Below the pieces are notes generated by a model. That model searched no databases and was not told the origin of the DNA. It was given only the letters and a program-made list of their open reading frames with translations. A stretch of DNA of 64,000 bases from assembly GCF_009914755.1 (NCBI RefSeq), contig NC_060938.1; one strand, 5' to 3'. Position numbers and translations under genes: made by a program. The stretch comes from the human T2T-CHM13v2.0 reference genome, Homo sapiens. Every line of letters begins with the position of its first letter. Position 1 is the first letter of the stretch. Positions 39,780 through 54,109 of this stretch are shown in pieces.

Positions 39780-40013
39780 TTACAATAACACTCACCAGTT
39801 GACCATTTGATTCCCCTGTTCTGATTTACCTTAGCCTCTAGTTAACCATAATAATAAAACTAACCAAATGAATTGGGCACTTACTAGATGCATCTTACTG
39901 TTTCACAAAACTCCATTTAATCCATATGGATTCTCCCTCAACTGGGGGTAGGGGAGTGCAAGACTAGTCCCACCAAAACATAAGTTGTGCAATGAGTTAA
40001 CACAGAAGCTGCT

Positions 40014-40328
40014 GGCTGGGTGCGGTGGCTCACGCCTCTAATCCCAGCACTCTGGGAGGCCGAAGCAGGCAGATCACCTGAGGTTGGGAGTTCGAGACCA
40101 GCCTGACCAACATGGAGAAACCCTGTCTCTACTAAAAATACAAAATTAGCGGGGCATGGTGGTGCATGCCTGTACTCCCAGCTACTCGCGAGGTTGAGGT
40201 AGGAGAATCACTTGAACCTGGGAGGTAGAGATTGCAGTGAGCCTAGATCGTGCCATTGCACTCCAGCCTGGGCAACAAGAGCAAAACTCCGTCTCAAAAA
40301 AAAAAAACACACACACACACACACACAC
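40014..40328 (+). mobile_element. AluSp with (A)n(CA)n tail
   Basis: Diagnostic GAGGTTGGGAGTTCG and CCTGACCAACATGGAGAAACCC; TSD ACACAGAAGCT. Confidence 0.93.
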
Positions 40329-40627
40329 AGAAGCTTCTACTAGCTCTATATTTTCACTACACCTAAACCTACCTCCCAAACCCTCCCGACACCACTCCTG
40401 AGTCACAGACCCATACATCCAACTCAACTTAGATATCCTAAAAGCACTACGAGCTCAGTGTCTCCAAAACTTAATTTGTCTTTTTTACCAACCTTCTCTT
40501 CCTCCTGTTTTCTCTACAGTGGTAGTAAATGGCATCAACATCCACCCAGAACCTAAGCCAGAAACCATTCTAGACTCCAATCATTCTAAACTCTTCCTTT
40601 CCCCTCAACCCCCATATCCACGTCCAC

Positions 40628-41161
40628 TGACCAAGACAGCCTTCACATTCCCCTCAGCTTGACAAAACTTTAGACAGGCTTCTTGACCCTAGGCCCTGAT
40701 CTCCCTTTTCTTAGAGCATTTACTTTGGGAAATATGTAAATTCTTTCTCTGTCCTTTTGAGATGTGTGTAAATGTTTTTAGAAGGCTTTTGCCAGTTTTT
40801 CAACGTAGGCCTGTTTTTCTCAAGGACTTGAGAGCCATCTCTTTGAAATGTAAATGTCAAGGAAGATAGTCCCAGGCTCTGTGGGAGGGTAGGAGCCTAA
40901 CTTCAGCCAGCACCTTGCTCTAAGTTGTAAAACTATCTCCTGTCAGAAAGATAAGAGAAAGTTGACTTTTCCTTTGGGTAAAGCCATTTAGCAAACACAA
41001 ACCACCTCTGTTCTCCCTCTCAATCCAGCTGTTACAAATCTTCCCACCCTCCTTTTCAGTGGAGTTGAGTTCAGAGTTCTGTTCTCTCTCCCCATGACAA
41101 TATCCTTGAATAAAGTCTGTTGTCTTGTCTGTTTAACTTTGGCACAATTTTTGCTATGACA
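40628..41161 (+). mobile_element. ERV1 solo LTR (MER31/MER67-like)
   Basis: TG...CA termini (TGACCAAGAC...GCTATGACA); CTTGACAAAACTTTAGACAGGC, AGTGGAGTTGAGTTCAG, TTGAATAAAGTC; flanks CCAC/CCAG. Confidence 0.8.
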
Positions 41162-41424
41162 CCAGCCATCCCAACTCCTTGACACCTGTCAAGTGTTGTT
41201 TTTTTTTTTTCCTCTCTCATTCCAGGGCCAAATCTTTAATTTAAGTTGCTGTCTCACTCATCTGGATGACTACAATCATTTCCTAATCAGCTTCCCTGAT
41301 TTCAGTCTTCCTCCCTTCCAATCCCTTCCCTATACTGCTGTAGCCAAAATGGTTCAAACACCAATGTTTAGTTCACATACTCCCCCTACTTAGAAACCTT
41401 CAAAGCTTCCCCATAGTTCCTATG

Positions 41425-41547
41425 ATGGTGAGACCACACACATCCAGGTTACCCCGAGATAGTCCTAATTTACACATGTTGTGCCAGGTTAATTATCAGC
41501 TTCCTTTTACTCTAAAAATGTCCCAGTTAGAAGATAATAACACCCTA
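41425..41547. mobile_element. MER94-like hAT MITE
   Basis: GGTGAGACCACACATCCAGGTT..GATAGTCCTAATTTAC..AAAATGTCCCAGTT..CACCCTA. Confidence 0.6.
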
Positions 41548-41634
41548 GTGTAGTGTCTAAGGACTAACCTCCCACATCATCTAACATTGCTCTTCTACAC
41601 ACACCATACTTCAAACACAACAAACTGCTTATGG

Positions 41635-42130
<496 letters not shown>

Positions 42131-43844
42131 TGACATGTGGTTGCCAGGTCAATCATCTGTGAAGCTTTCTCTGCTCTTTCACAGTAGCCTGTACATGCCT
42201 TTATTACAGAACTAAAACTGAATTACCATCATTTATTTACACGTCCATCAATAGCTAAGTTCTGTTGATTCTGTGTTCAATCTGTCTTTTGAGTCTGTAT
42301 CTCCTTCTCATTTTCCTTCACTAGTTCATCATCACCTTTCACCCAGGTGGCTGCATAAGCTCCCTATTGGTTTTTCTGCTTCTAATCCTCCCCACCCAAA
42401 TTGTTCCCAGTTATCTTCTGTAAAACCAGTTGAATGGTATCATTCCATTATTCAAGTTTGTGATGGTTCATCACCTACTATAGGATAATGTCCAAAGTCT
42501 ACGGTGTAGAATTCAAAAACCTTCCCAAGAGATCCCAACATGCCCTAGATTCCCCTCACTTCTAACACCACCCACCTTGGTCCCAAAGGGTGACTCATTC
42601 ATCTTTGATCAAGCCACCATGCTTCTACGTGAAATGCCTTATTCTCATTTTCCATCAGGCAAACTCCTTATTTTTAAAAGTTCCACTGAAGTATTGCTCC
42701 TGCAAAGCTGTCCCCAGCCAAGAATTAACTGCTTCCTCCTCTCTCCCACATTTTCCCACTTTAAATAGCTATAGATCATTCATCACTATTTGGTTTGCAT
42801 TATGTAAATGCCTGCCTCTGTCACTGGATGTGAACATCTCTAGGGCAAAGGTCAGTAATACTAGTAACTATCACCCTCAGTAAGTGATTGCTGAAGTCAT
42901 TTCAGAAAACATTTTTAAATCCCTAGCTGATAAATTGAAGATAAGTATCTTTAATCATTTCTGTCTCTTCATCCATTGAAGAAAGTGGCAGTGAAAATAA
43001 CTTAGATCTCCAAGTCCCAACATTATAAGAATTGGAGAGCTCAAAGGAATCTTTGGAAACTAGGTCCAATATACATTTTGCTGGCCAAAAAAAAAAAAAG
43101 GCTCTTTCCAGAATAAAATACTTCCAAACATAAAATCTATTAGGCTATTGCCATCTAGCTTTTAAATTTTGATTTTGAGTTTAAATCATGTTCAATGAAA
43201 GGTCACTTATTGATAGAAAAGACAAAGCCAAGTGATTTCTCACAAGATCTTAAGAGTGTTTAAGGATGGTTTCTCATTTCTAACCTTTATGGTATAGTTT
43301 CTAAGCCTCTGCTTTTATGCTAACAGCAACATAAGCTGCAAATTTGAGAGTGATAAACACTTTTGTCCCGTCAAAAGACTGATATTGCTCTAGAAAATCT
43401 GCTAGATCCCTAATTCTGGGTTAGTAATGGCTTATTTCTATAAAAGTAATATCAAATGACAAGGTCTCCCAGAAACTTCCAGGAATTACTTCTACTATTT
43501 TACCAAATATCAACATGGAATCTGCCTCTGCATTTTGGGTAAATGCAGTCTTAGAAGAAATGCATTGGGGTGGGATTTAGAATATTTTTTTCTGAAATAT
43601 CTGGAACACATACTCTTCTCTGAAAAATCTCAAATTCAAAAATGCTAATAAATGCCTTGTGCTACAGATGAAAATCTCTTACTAGTTCCTTAAATGATCT
43701 GTCTTCTATAAACAGATTGTTACTTGGACCAAATGTGTGTGGATCTCTTCCCTCTTGGGCAATATAATGAGGTGGCATCCACTGAATTAGAACTTATGCC
43801 AGCAAATATTTTTTAATAATTGTGTATTTATTTTACTGTATCTT

Positions 43845-44218
43845 ATTTATATATATATTTATTTAGTTATATTTATATATATTTTTATATAAATATTTGT
43901 ATATATTTATATATAAATATTTATATATATTTATATATAAATATTTATATATATATATAAATATAGGTATATTATATATATTTATATATTATATATATAC
44001 CTATATACCTATATATAGGTGTATATATATATATACCTATATATGTGTGTGTATATATATATACCTATATATATGTGTGTGTATATGTATACCTATATAT
44101 GTGTATATATATACCCATATATGTGTATATATATACCTATATATGTGTATATATATACCTATATATATGAATATATATATACCCCATATATATATATGAA
44201 TATATATATACCCAATAT
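43845..44218. repeat. (TA)n-rich compound minisatellite
   Basis: Repeats of ATATTTATATATAAATATTT followed by ~22-26 nt units TATACCTATATATGTGTATATA. Confidence 0.95.
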
Positions 44219-45285
44219 AATCCACCCACAAATATTGTGGCTTAGAATGAGATAATAGTTGTTATGGCTGCAGTAAACCATCTTATTCAGGTTGAATAAA
44301 GCACTGCACCCTGGCATAGGCGTGAGTGTTTCAGATCTTCAGTAACTGAATTTCTTAACTGTCTGGAAGCATTGCTAATAATAAACAATGGCCTAGACCT
44401 CTAACAAGCCTGCTCATATGGCATATTCCGCAAACATCACTATGCTCCTCCTAGGCATGTATAAGCATATGTAATTTTATCAGAAAAGGCAACAAATTGT
44501 CCTTGGTCCTTTCTGATCATGTGCGCGTGTGAGTGACACTGTCAGTACTAAGTCAAAGCAAAATTAAAAAATAATACTATTGAAGTAAAACCTCCTCTGT
44601 GTCTTAAACTAGGTAACATTAAACCTACTATTCCCTTATTATTGACTGCCCCCAAAATTTCATTCTTCTCAAGGAACTAATTTTTAGTTTTGCATTTTAT
44701 AAATCAATGACATTTATAATATTTAAAATGTTATATGTAATTTTAATGATTATAGTATTTACAATTTGATACTCTATAATTATAGCATTTATAATTTGAT
44801 ATTTTTCTTTGAACTTTATTTAATAACAGCATGGGGCTTTTAAATTTTAGTATTGCAGTTATCTTCTATTTGTGATAAGAAACTGGTTTTTACTGGTAGT
44901 AATAATATAACATTTCCTTTTAAAATGAATTTAAAGTTAAAATGGAAGAAGTCTATTCAAAGAAAAATCATAAGTAAATAAGAATATAGAGGACAGGAAG
45001 ACATGAACACGGCATAAAAGATGTGCTTTGAAAACACTGTCCTAGGGAATAGCCCTTTATAGAGGTGAACACTGTTCCACAGAAAGTAAACAACTCACAG
45101 TTTTGCCACTGCCACTTCCTAAACCTGGAAACACATAAGCAGACAACCACGAAGAGTGCTGCTCTGGAAAACATGGATAAAACTTAACATGTTTTTAGAG
45201 CATTTGGTTTTTTTGATTGTATAGAAAAACTCTAACAGAGATGAGTAATTTTTTTAATCAACACCCAGATAACAGTTTAGCCCTA

Positions 45286-45537
45286 TTTTTTTTTTTTTTT
45301 TTTTGAGACGAGACGGAGTTTTGTGCAATGGCGCGATCTTGGCTCACTGCAACCTCCGCCTCCCGGGTTCAAGTGATTCTCCTGCCTTAGCCTCCTGAGT
45401 AGCTGGGATTACAGGCATGCACCAACACGCTGGGCTAATTTTGCATTTTTAGTAGAGATGGGGTTTCTCCATGTTGGTCAGGCTGGTCTCAAACTCCCGA
45501 CCTCAGGTGATCTGCCCACCCTGGCCTCCCAAAGTGG
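45286..45537 (-). mobile_element. AluSp, 5'-truncated, with internal deletion
   Basis: TTTCTCCATGTTGGTCAGG and CTCCCGACCTCAGG; TSD AGTTTAGCCCT; lacks the CGCTCTTGTTGCCCAGGCTGGA segment. Confidence 0.92.
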
Positions 45538-46491
45538 AGTTTAGCCCTTTTTTAAACACTCAACTCATTCCTCCTTTATGCAATGTAAGATCTCAAGCTT
45601 CTCAGTGAGACTCACCACTGCAGGGTGAAAAATAAAGAAACTCTATCTCGCAAGTATCCTCACCAACCAGAGAAATATTATGTTGTGCATTGTCTTTCAT
45701 TGTTGGTATTTTAAAAATAGGGTTCCCTACACACATATTTGAAGCTACATTCTAGCGCATATGTTTTTACAAACCCAAACTCTCCATTCTGGAGATTTCC
45801 TGAGACACATTCCTTACGGAGTCATGTACGATAAGCTGGGAGTTACTGTCTCCTTTATCACCATTTTGAAAAGCAGAAGCTGCTCTCAGCAACTGAGGCA
45901 CTATTCGTTACTCCCTGCATGGGCACGCTATAATTACTTCAGACTGTTTAAATTTTCTCAATGATAGTGAAATGCAGTTAGAAACCATAGTTAACTTGCC
46001 ACAATAAAGACAAATTGTAGAGAAATACAATTAAACTAAGTTATTTCCATTCTTATTTTAATAACATGAGAAAAGAGAGTTTGAGGTAATATGGCAACTC
46101 TATAGTTTGCAATATAAAGTGGCAGTAGTAATATTATTTTTATAATAAAAAATGGTGTGGGAGCAATATAAGCCTATCCTGATTAACATTCCTAACCTTG
46201 CAAATATGCAGGAAAAATTTTTTTCTACAATAATAAGTTCCAAGATTAAAAATGGTTCAACTATACTTTGACAGATACTACATTGATACTGTGTATTGTC
46301 AAACAAAAAAGTAAAACAGACTATAAAATAAAATCACAAACTAGGAAATGTAGGGAAGCAACAACATAAGGTACACTTGGAAATTTCAGTGTTCTTCTAG
46401 TACTTTTTCAGTAGTAGAGTAGTCATCAAGAATTTCTAATGCACCCAAACTCTTTGCATGAAAAATAAATGAGACTGCTGAGAAGATTATT

Positions 46492-46810
46492 GTAGATATG
46501 CAGTATGGCACATGCCACTAGTTGTCCTTCAACAATTATTCTCCACTTCTTTTATAATAATATAACCTCCTATTTTTAATTGGGTACATGGATAAAGACT
46601 ACATTTCCCAGCCACCACTGAAGAGAGGTGTACCAATATGACTTCACTTCTGAATGATAAGATATAAGCGAAGTATAAGATGAAACACCCAGAACATGTC
46701 CTTAAAGGAAAGGGCACAACCTGCCACTATCCCTTTCTCCTTCCTGCTGGCGGGAGGACAAACCCGATGGCTGGAACAGGAGCTCTGTCTTAAGCCATGA
46801 GATGGCCTTA
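46492..46810 (+). mobile_element. MLT1J-like LTR fragment
   Basis: TAAAGACTACATTTCCCAGCC and TCTCCTTCCTGCTGG..GATGGCTGGA motifs. Confidence 0.7.
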
Positions 46811-47140
46811 TGCATAGGACTATAATGTATATATTAAGGAGTGATAAAGTGAGTTTATCTGAGAAGAGAGACTGGTAGATCCAAAAAGGGATCTACCTCC
46901 TTTTCATTTAATAATCTTCTGTACTCTTCCAGTTTTTTCTTTTTCTTTTTAGTGTGGATAGGAATAAGAGGAATGTGCAAGAGGGATTGAGGAAGAGACT
47001 TAAAGATGTGTCAGAATGAAATGAACTTAAGGAGAAGCGAGAAGATCTGAGCAGTATAAGCGGTGTGCTTTAGTGAGTGCTACTGGTGCTCCACCTATAT
47101 CCCCATTACAAACTGGCATGCTCATCCCTACCCGTGAGTA

Positions 47141-47470
47141 TGGTTATCCCTCAATTTCCATGGGGAATTCGTTCTAGGACCTCTAGCAGTTACCAAAATC
47201 CACAGATGCTAAAATCCCTGATATAAAATGGTGTAGTGTTTGCATATAACCTATGCACAGCCTGCCATATACTTCGGATCATCTCTAGCTTCATACCTAA
47301 TACAATGTAAATGCTATATAAGTAGTTGTTGTATGGTATTGTTTAGAAAATAATAAGAAAAAAAGTCTGTACACGTTCAGTACAAACACAATTTTATTTC
47401 CGAATACTTTCCATCTGCAGTTGGTTGATCCCAGGGATGCAGAACTCATGGACGCTGAGAGGGCCGACAG
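47141..47470 (+). mobile_element. MER2 (TcMar-Tigger) DNA transposon
   Basis: ACCAAAATCCACAGATGCT..ATAAAATGGTGTAGTGTTTGCATATAACCTATGCACA..GAGGGCCGAC; TA on both sides. Confidence 0.9.
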
Positions 47471-47624
47471 TATTGCCTGAAGACAACTTAGAGTTGTCCC
47501 CTTCAAGGAGAATTTACCTGGGCCAAATGGCAATTGCCTTGCCCAGGAAGCCTCACCCACTACCCTAGGAGGCAGATCTTGACCAATGACTGAACAGAAT
47601 GTGCTTCAAGTTGGGATCAATTTT

Positions 47625-47929
47625 GTGGCTCACACCTGTAATCTCGGCACTTTGGGAGGCCAAGGAGGTCAGATCACTTGAGCCCAGGAGTTCAACACCA
47701 GCCTGGGCAACATAGTGAAACCCCATCTCTACTAAAAATACAAAAATTAGCCAGGCGTGGTGGCACACCCATGTAATCCCAGCTACTCAGGGGAACTGAG
47801 GCACAAGAATTGCTTGAGCCCGAGAGATGGACGTTACAGTGAGCCAAGATTATGCCACTGCACTCCAGCCTGGGAGACAGAGCAAGACTCTGTCTGAAAA
47901 AGATGTAAAAACTAAAAATAAAAATAAAA
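47625..47929 (+). mobile_element. Alu (Jb/Sz-like)
   Basis: Dimer; TSD AG(T/A)TGGGATCAATTT. Confidence 0.92.
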
Positions 47930-48162
47930 GATGGGATCAATTTAATAGTAAAATTTCCACTCCAGGGCTTGTGGGGCCCTTGTGGTGCCAGAGCTAGCTA
48001 GTCTATAGTTGAAATCACATTCTTATTTATCTTTTTTCCCTTGCCTTATCCTACTTTTCTCCTACCCCTTCTATTGCATGCACTTCTCCAATAAATCATT
48101 GGATTTACTAGGGCTCCATGTCAAGCTCTGCCTCTAGGGGACACAATCTAAAAACCACTATA

Positions 48163-48798
48163 TGGGTTTTCTCTACGTTGGGAGCAGTTCTTCTGCCACA
48201 GCCCCCCACCCCCTGAAAATGTAGCCTGCTTCAAGTTCCTCTCCACGTCCTCCTTGGTCAAGAACACCTCTCAGCTGCTGAGCCATCCACTATCTGCAGT
48301 GGTGCTGAAATGACCAGAGACATTGACAGATGAGAGCCTCAGCAGCTTGGCAGTCTCATGTCCCCTTACCTCACTTGCCCATAGCCGCAGCTTCCAAACC
48401 AGAGCCATTCCAAGGGACATCGACACAGCATCCAAGTTCACTGGGGTTGGGGCTGCCACAGTTAGGGTGGCTGGTTCTGGGGCTGAGACTGCTATTGTGT
48501 TTGAGAGCCTCATTATGGTCATGCCAGGAACCCGTCTCTGAAGCAACAGCTCTTCTCCTGTGCCATTCCGGGCTTTGCCCTCTTGGGGCCGTGGGGCTCT
48601 TTTGCCTGATGGTGGCCTTTCTCACCCTCTTTGCCATGTGAAGGAGCTGTCTGCACCTCCGACAGTTCTTTCTCCCATGTCTTGTCTGCCCTGTGTGTTC
48701 CTTTTCTTGTACCTCCCCAGGTGGCCTGGGGCACATGGTTGGCTCAGGGTTTGACAGAGGGAAGACAAATAAATAATGTATTAATAAGGAAAAAAAAA
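48163..48798 (+). pseudogene. ATP5MC2: Processed pseudogene of ATP synthase membrane subunit c locus 2 (ATP5MC2/ATP5G2); symbol given is the parent gene
   Basis: Intronless. CTGAAAATG start at 48219; translated pieces [55 protein letters not shown] and GLFCLMVAFL.LFAM* (stop 48639-48641). Lesions: 1-bp deletion in codon 2 (ATG TAG), TGA at 48311, two further frameshifts. AATAAA at 48768 and poly(A) at 48790-48798. Confidence 0.96.
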
Positions 48799-49886
48799 TG
48801 ATACTGAATTGATCCTACAGAAAATAAAATTCACTCACTACTGTTTCATAATTTACATTGTATTTTTTCCTAATAAAAATGGAAGATATTAAATATTTAA
48901 ATAAGGAACAGCATACTTTCAAACCAGCACACCAATCTAGAAGGGTGTAGTCTAGAAGGGAGTATCCACCTAAATTATTTGTCCGAGTGGCTTATTCAAA
49001 GCATGACCCTCTAAATAAAGGTGATCTTCTTTTTCTGTAATCATATTGTATGATCATTATGACATGAGCATTAAACTTGCAGCTAAGATAGCCTCACTAG
49101 GAAACTGGTTACTCTGACACAGTAGCTCTCACCATTTGAAAGTGGGCCCTATTGGCTACATCATGGGAAGATTACAGACAAAAACCCCACTCACTCTACC
49201 TAAAAAATAAGCCATCAGCCAAACAGCTTCATCTATCCAGCTAAAGCTAATCGGGAGATTTTAATCTGCCTAAACTTTGACTGTGGAAGACACTGCTTTT
49301 ATTTTACTGGCAGAGTAATGAACCTTATCTAATCTACTCTTAAATGTTAATTCAGTGTTTTCAAACTACCAGAAGTTTCTTCCTTATGTCTAACCCTAAA
49401 TTTTTCACACAGCAATTTTGTTGTAGACTTAGGCACTAGGTAACAGACTCTATTTCTTATCTTAAATAATTTAAATGTCTACATATTTTCTTATAGGCCA
49501 TAACTTTCTAAAAACCAGTATCTCAGGCTATTCACTAACTTTTAGAGCATCTCTCTTCAAAATTAGAAGACTCGAACACATGCAATATTGCTCATCAATG
49601 TTCACAATGATGGTAGATATTGGGCTTAAAAAAATCACTATATAAGAAAAGTGTGGCACATACATATAATGAAATATTATTCAGCTTTAAAAAGGAAGGA
49701 AATTCTGATACATGCTACCACATGGATGAAACTTAAGGATATTACATTAAATGAAATAAGCCAGTCACAAAAAGACAAATACTGCATTCTCTTATATGAG
49801 CTACTTAAAGTAGTCAAAATCATAGAGACAGAAAGCAGAATGCTGGTTACTAGGGGCAGGGGGAAAGGAGGAAGGGGGAAATTTTA

Positions 49887-50639
<753 letters not shown>

Positions 50640-51284
50640 TTATGTGTACTTTACCACAATTTTTAAACAATGGAAGAAAATTAAAAGAAAAAATAAAGTA
50701 AAACAACTACAATGATAAAGCCTTCAGCATTACTAATATTGTTCTCTTGCTCTTATGGCTTGTCTTCTATTCCACTTGTATATGGGCTTCCTACTTTTTA
50801 TTCCCCTCCACCCTCTCCATTGAACTTCAGCATTTTTTGTCTAATTGTGTGTCTACCTCATCAAAGTCACATCTATTACTCCAAAAGCACTAAATAATGA
50901 CTCTCAATTAGACATTATATTGTAATGTAAATAAGTACAGTAATTATTTTCCCTCCTTCAGCATGATTCTTGAGAACAATTGCCAAATGATCCCATTCAG
51001 TGTTCACTTGGACCAGTGTCTCTTATGTAGGGTCACATGTCATAATCATCTGTGTATCTTTGTAAAACTACACACACTTGGGACACTGTCCTGTGGATTA
51101 TCAATCTCAGTGAAGTGGAACCGGGTCACTTAACTTCCAAAGCTCCACAGGTAATAATAAGAATTAAAATTCTTGAGTGTTTATAAAGTGCCAAGCACTG
51201 AACTAAATGTTTAATTGTGATTCTGATGATTACCTCTACTTAACAACTACTTCCTTAACTAACTCCAAGCCCTAAATTACCTTT

Positions 51285-51490
51285 GCAATTAAGAGTTTTA
51301 ACCTGGAAGTCCACAGTCAAGCTTAGCCAGGTTAGCAGTCCATCCATCTCATCCTGTTGTAGGAAGCACTGTGTGTGTGTACGTGTGTATGTGTGTGTAT
51401 GTAATTTTCCTGGAAAAAGGATTTGTCGTAACTTTTATTATTTCCTCAAAAAAGTCTCTGACACAAAAATAGGTTAAGAAAAACTACTTA
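51285..51490. mobile_element. MER103C-like hAT fossil
   Basis: AGAGTTTTAACCTGG...TTTCCTCAAAAAAGTCTCTGACACAAAAATAGGTTAAGAAAAACTACT. Confidence 0.55.
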
Positions 51491-52162
51491 AAATAAAATT
51501 CCCCACCATTATATATTCGCCCAAGAGTGTTCACCCACACTTATTCATTCATTCACCAAATATTTAATGAGGACCTATGACATGCAAACTGTCAAGGTTT
51601 GAGATCAGTGAACAAAACCAAGTCCTTGTCCTCATGGAAACTTACATTTTAGAGGAATAAACAATAAATATCTAGTAGTTAAGACAATCCTTTGGCTCAG
51701 AATATAACTTCTTAAATTACTAATACAAATTGCACAATCCACTCAGGGGCAATTGGGACGCAAAGCCCCAGCTAGTTCCAAAACCCATACCATTTCCACC
51801 ATTTATTGTTGTTTTCAAATACAACATATTTTATGAGGACAAAATTTTACCTATCATCTTTTACTGCTCACAGCAAATAGTCTAACAAATAAATACTACT
51901 TTTAGTCTTATGAAATGTTAAGTAGCGTTTGGTTATTCAAAAGTATTTCCAAAGAGGTACAAATAGTCATGTCTTATTTCTCTAAATTCATAAGAAAGTA
52001 TGGAAGTTAGTAGATGTTGAAAGTTTTGTGATATTGTCATATAGTTTACTTCTACATATGTTATAAACCCCGGAATACATTATTATTAATTTTGCTTTAA
52101 ACAGCCAAGTACTTTTTTAAAAGAACCAAATACTATTTTAAAGGTAGTTTCCACGGATGCAT

Positions 52163-52665
52163 GAGCTGGCCAGTACCCAATTGAAAACTTGAGGGGAACC
52201 CTCTGCACATCTCCGGAGCTTTCTCGCTTGCTCGCTCACGCTCTCTCTCTCTCTTGCTCCCACTCGCTTTCTCTCTCTCTCTCTCTGTCTTGTTCCCGCT
52301 CGCTTTCTCTCTTTCTCTCTCTCCAGCTCTTTCCTCTCCGATACTCTGTCCTGTGAACTCTAGCCACCTTGACTTCTCCAGACCCCCAGCTCCATATTCT
52401 CAGACCACTGATCTATGCCTGGGTCCCCACTTCTTTCCCTGATGCCTGGAAATTCTCTCTGGGCAGTAAGCTGGGTAATCATAGGGGCTCACCTCATCTG
52501 TTTCCCATCTTTCAGGGATTATTCTTCTTTGCTATCTAATGTTCAACGGCTTGAAAACTGTTATTTCATATATATCTTACATGTTTGAGGCTTAATTTTA
52601 GTTGCTTCAGCAGGTGAGTAAACCCAGTTCTTGCAACTCTATGTTGGTGAGAAACAGAAGTCTCT
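52163..52665 (-). mobile_element. Ancient L1M 5' region containing an expanded CT-rich repeat (52219-52330)
   Basis: GAGGGGAACCCTCTGCACATCTCCGGAGC..GGCAGTAAGCTGGGTAATCATAGGGG..CTCACCTCAT. Confidence 0.6.
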
Positions 52666-52859
52666 TTAATGTAACTACAATCCAAGTATTTTTAAAAGTA
52701 AAAGTTATGATAAAGCTTATTCAGAAGAGTAATTTTGAAGAACACAAGTTCAGCATAGAAGGAACATCTACAAACAAAGTCAGTGATAAAATGCTCCTCC
52801 CTGTTGGGACAGACCATCCCCATAGCCCCGCCACCTTGGTATATCACTGCTGATAAAGT

Positions 52860-53100
52860 TAAACAAGCCCACGGTGGCCTTGGCATCAGATGGACTTTGT
52901 CCAACCCAAACTCTGTCACTTACTAATAAATGACATGCAACCATGAGTAAATGACTTAACCTCTGTGTGCCTCACTTATCATATGTAAAATGGAAATACT
53001 AGTAGTACATAGGACATAGGGTTATTATACTAAATGAGAAATGCACAGCTACTCAGCAAAATGTTTGCTATGTATGGGCTCAATAAACAGTGTGTTCTAT
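52860..53100 (+). mobile_element. MIR
   Basis: Core ATGACTTAACCTCTGTGTGCCTCA..ATATGTAAAATGG. Confidence 0.75.
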
Positions 53101-53229
53101 TAATATTCTCTGAACTGCAGATTTGCCACATATTTAATCCACTGAATTAAATGTCAATCATTAATGTATACATTAGTCCTTTTTATCATCCAGAAAGAAA
53201 ATGTGACTAAATTAAAACTAGCACACACT

Positions 53230-53542
<313 letters not shown>

Positions 53543-54109
53543 TTAGCACAAACTATTCATATTCTTCTAAGCATTTAGTTTATTACACTCTGTTCCCTAA
53601 AATAAAAGGATGAAGTCACCAGATATCTCAAAGTTATAATCTTTTCAACATTTATTCAACTCATCTCTAATTTGTCATCGCCTTTCTTCTATCTTCAACT
53701 TTATTATTTCCCAGTTCCATTGAATTCCTGATGGGGCCTACTGTGTCCTATTTATGGTCCTTACTGAGAGCTTTGTAGCAAAAGAGAAGTAGATCTTGAG
53801 TTCCTCCTAACCAGCTCAGGCTGCTACATTACCTGTTCAGATTTTGGATTTCTTTGGCTCTTAAGAATTTAAATATCCTTTTATCTATCTCTAAATACCT
53901 TTGAATATGACAGGATCCTGCATTTTTTCATATTATTCATATCTATAGGACCTTGTAGCTCATAAATATATTAAAATGATATTCAATTAAATTCTAGTTA
54001 TTTCTATGGCCTTATCTGGCATTGCCATCCCAGCTTCGAAGGTCATTCTACTGACAAGCACTTTATCTATATCTACTGTCAAACAACCTAGAATAGATAG
54101 AAATATTCG

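Larger units (their letters stand above)
47064..48153 (+). mobile_element. LTR16C-like ERV-L LTR interrupted by MER2 and Alu
   Basis: TGCCTTGCCCAGGAAG, CCAATGACTGA, CTTCTCCAATAAATCA, AAGCTCTGCCTCTAGGGGAC..CTAAAAAC. Confidence 0.65.

Noticed and set aside
43897-44255. Tyr/Ile-rich ORFs
   Set aside because: Artefacts of translating the (TA)n repeat.
44325-45040. hAT-Charlie element (GTGTTTC...AAACACTG ends)
   Set aside because: Terminal similarity is too weak to call without a Dfam search.
48323-48641. Functional subunit c retrogene or micropeptide
   Set aside because: Stop in codon 2, internal stop, frameshifts and loss of the essential Glu; the 48323 ORF starts at TTG.
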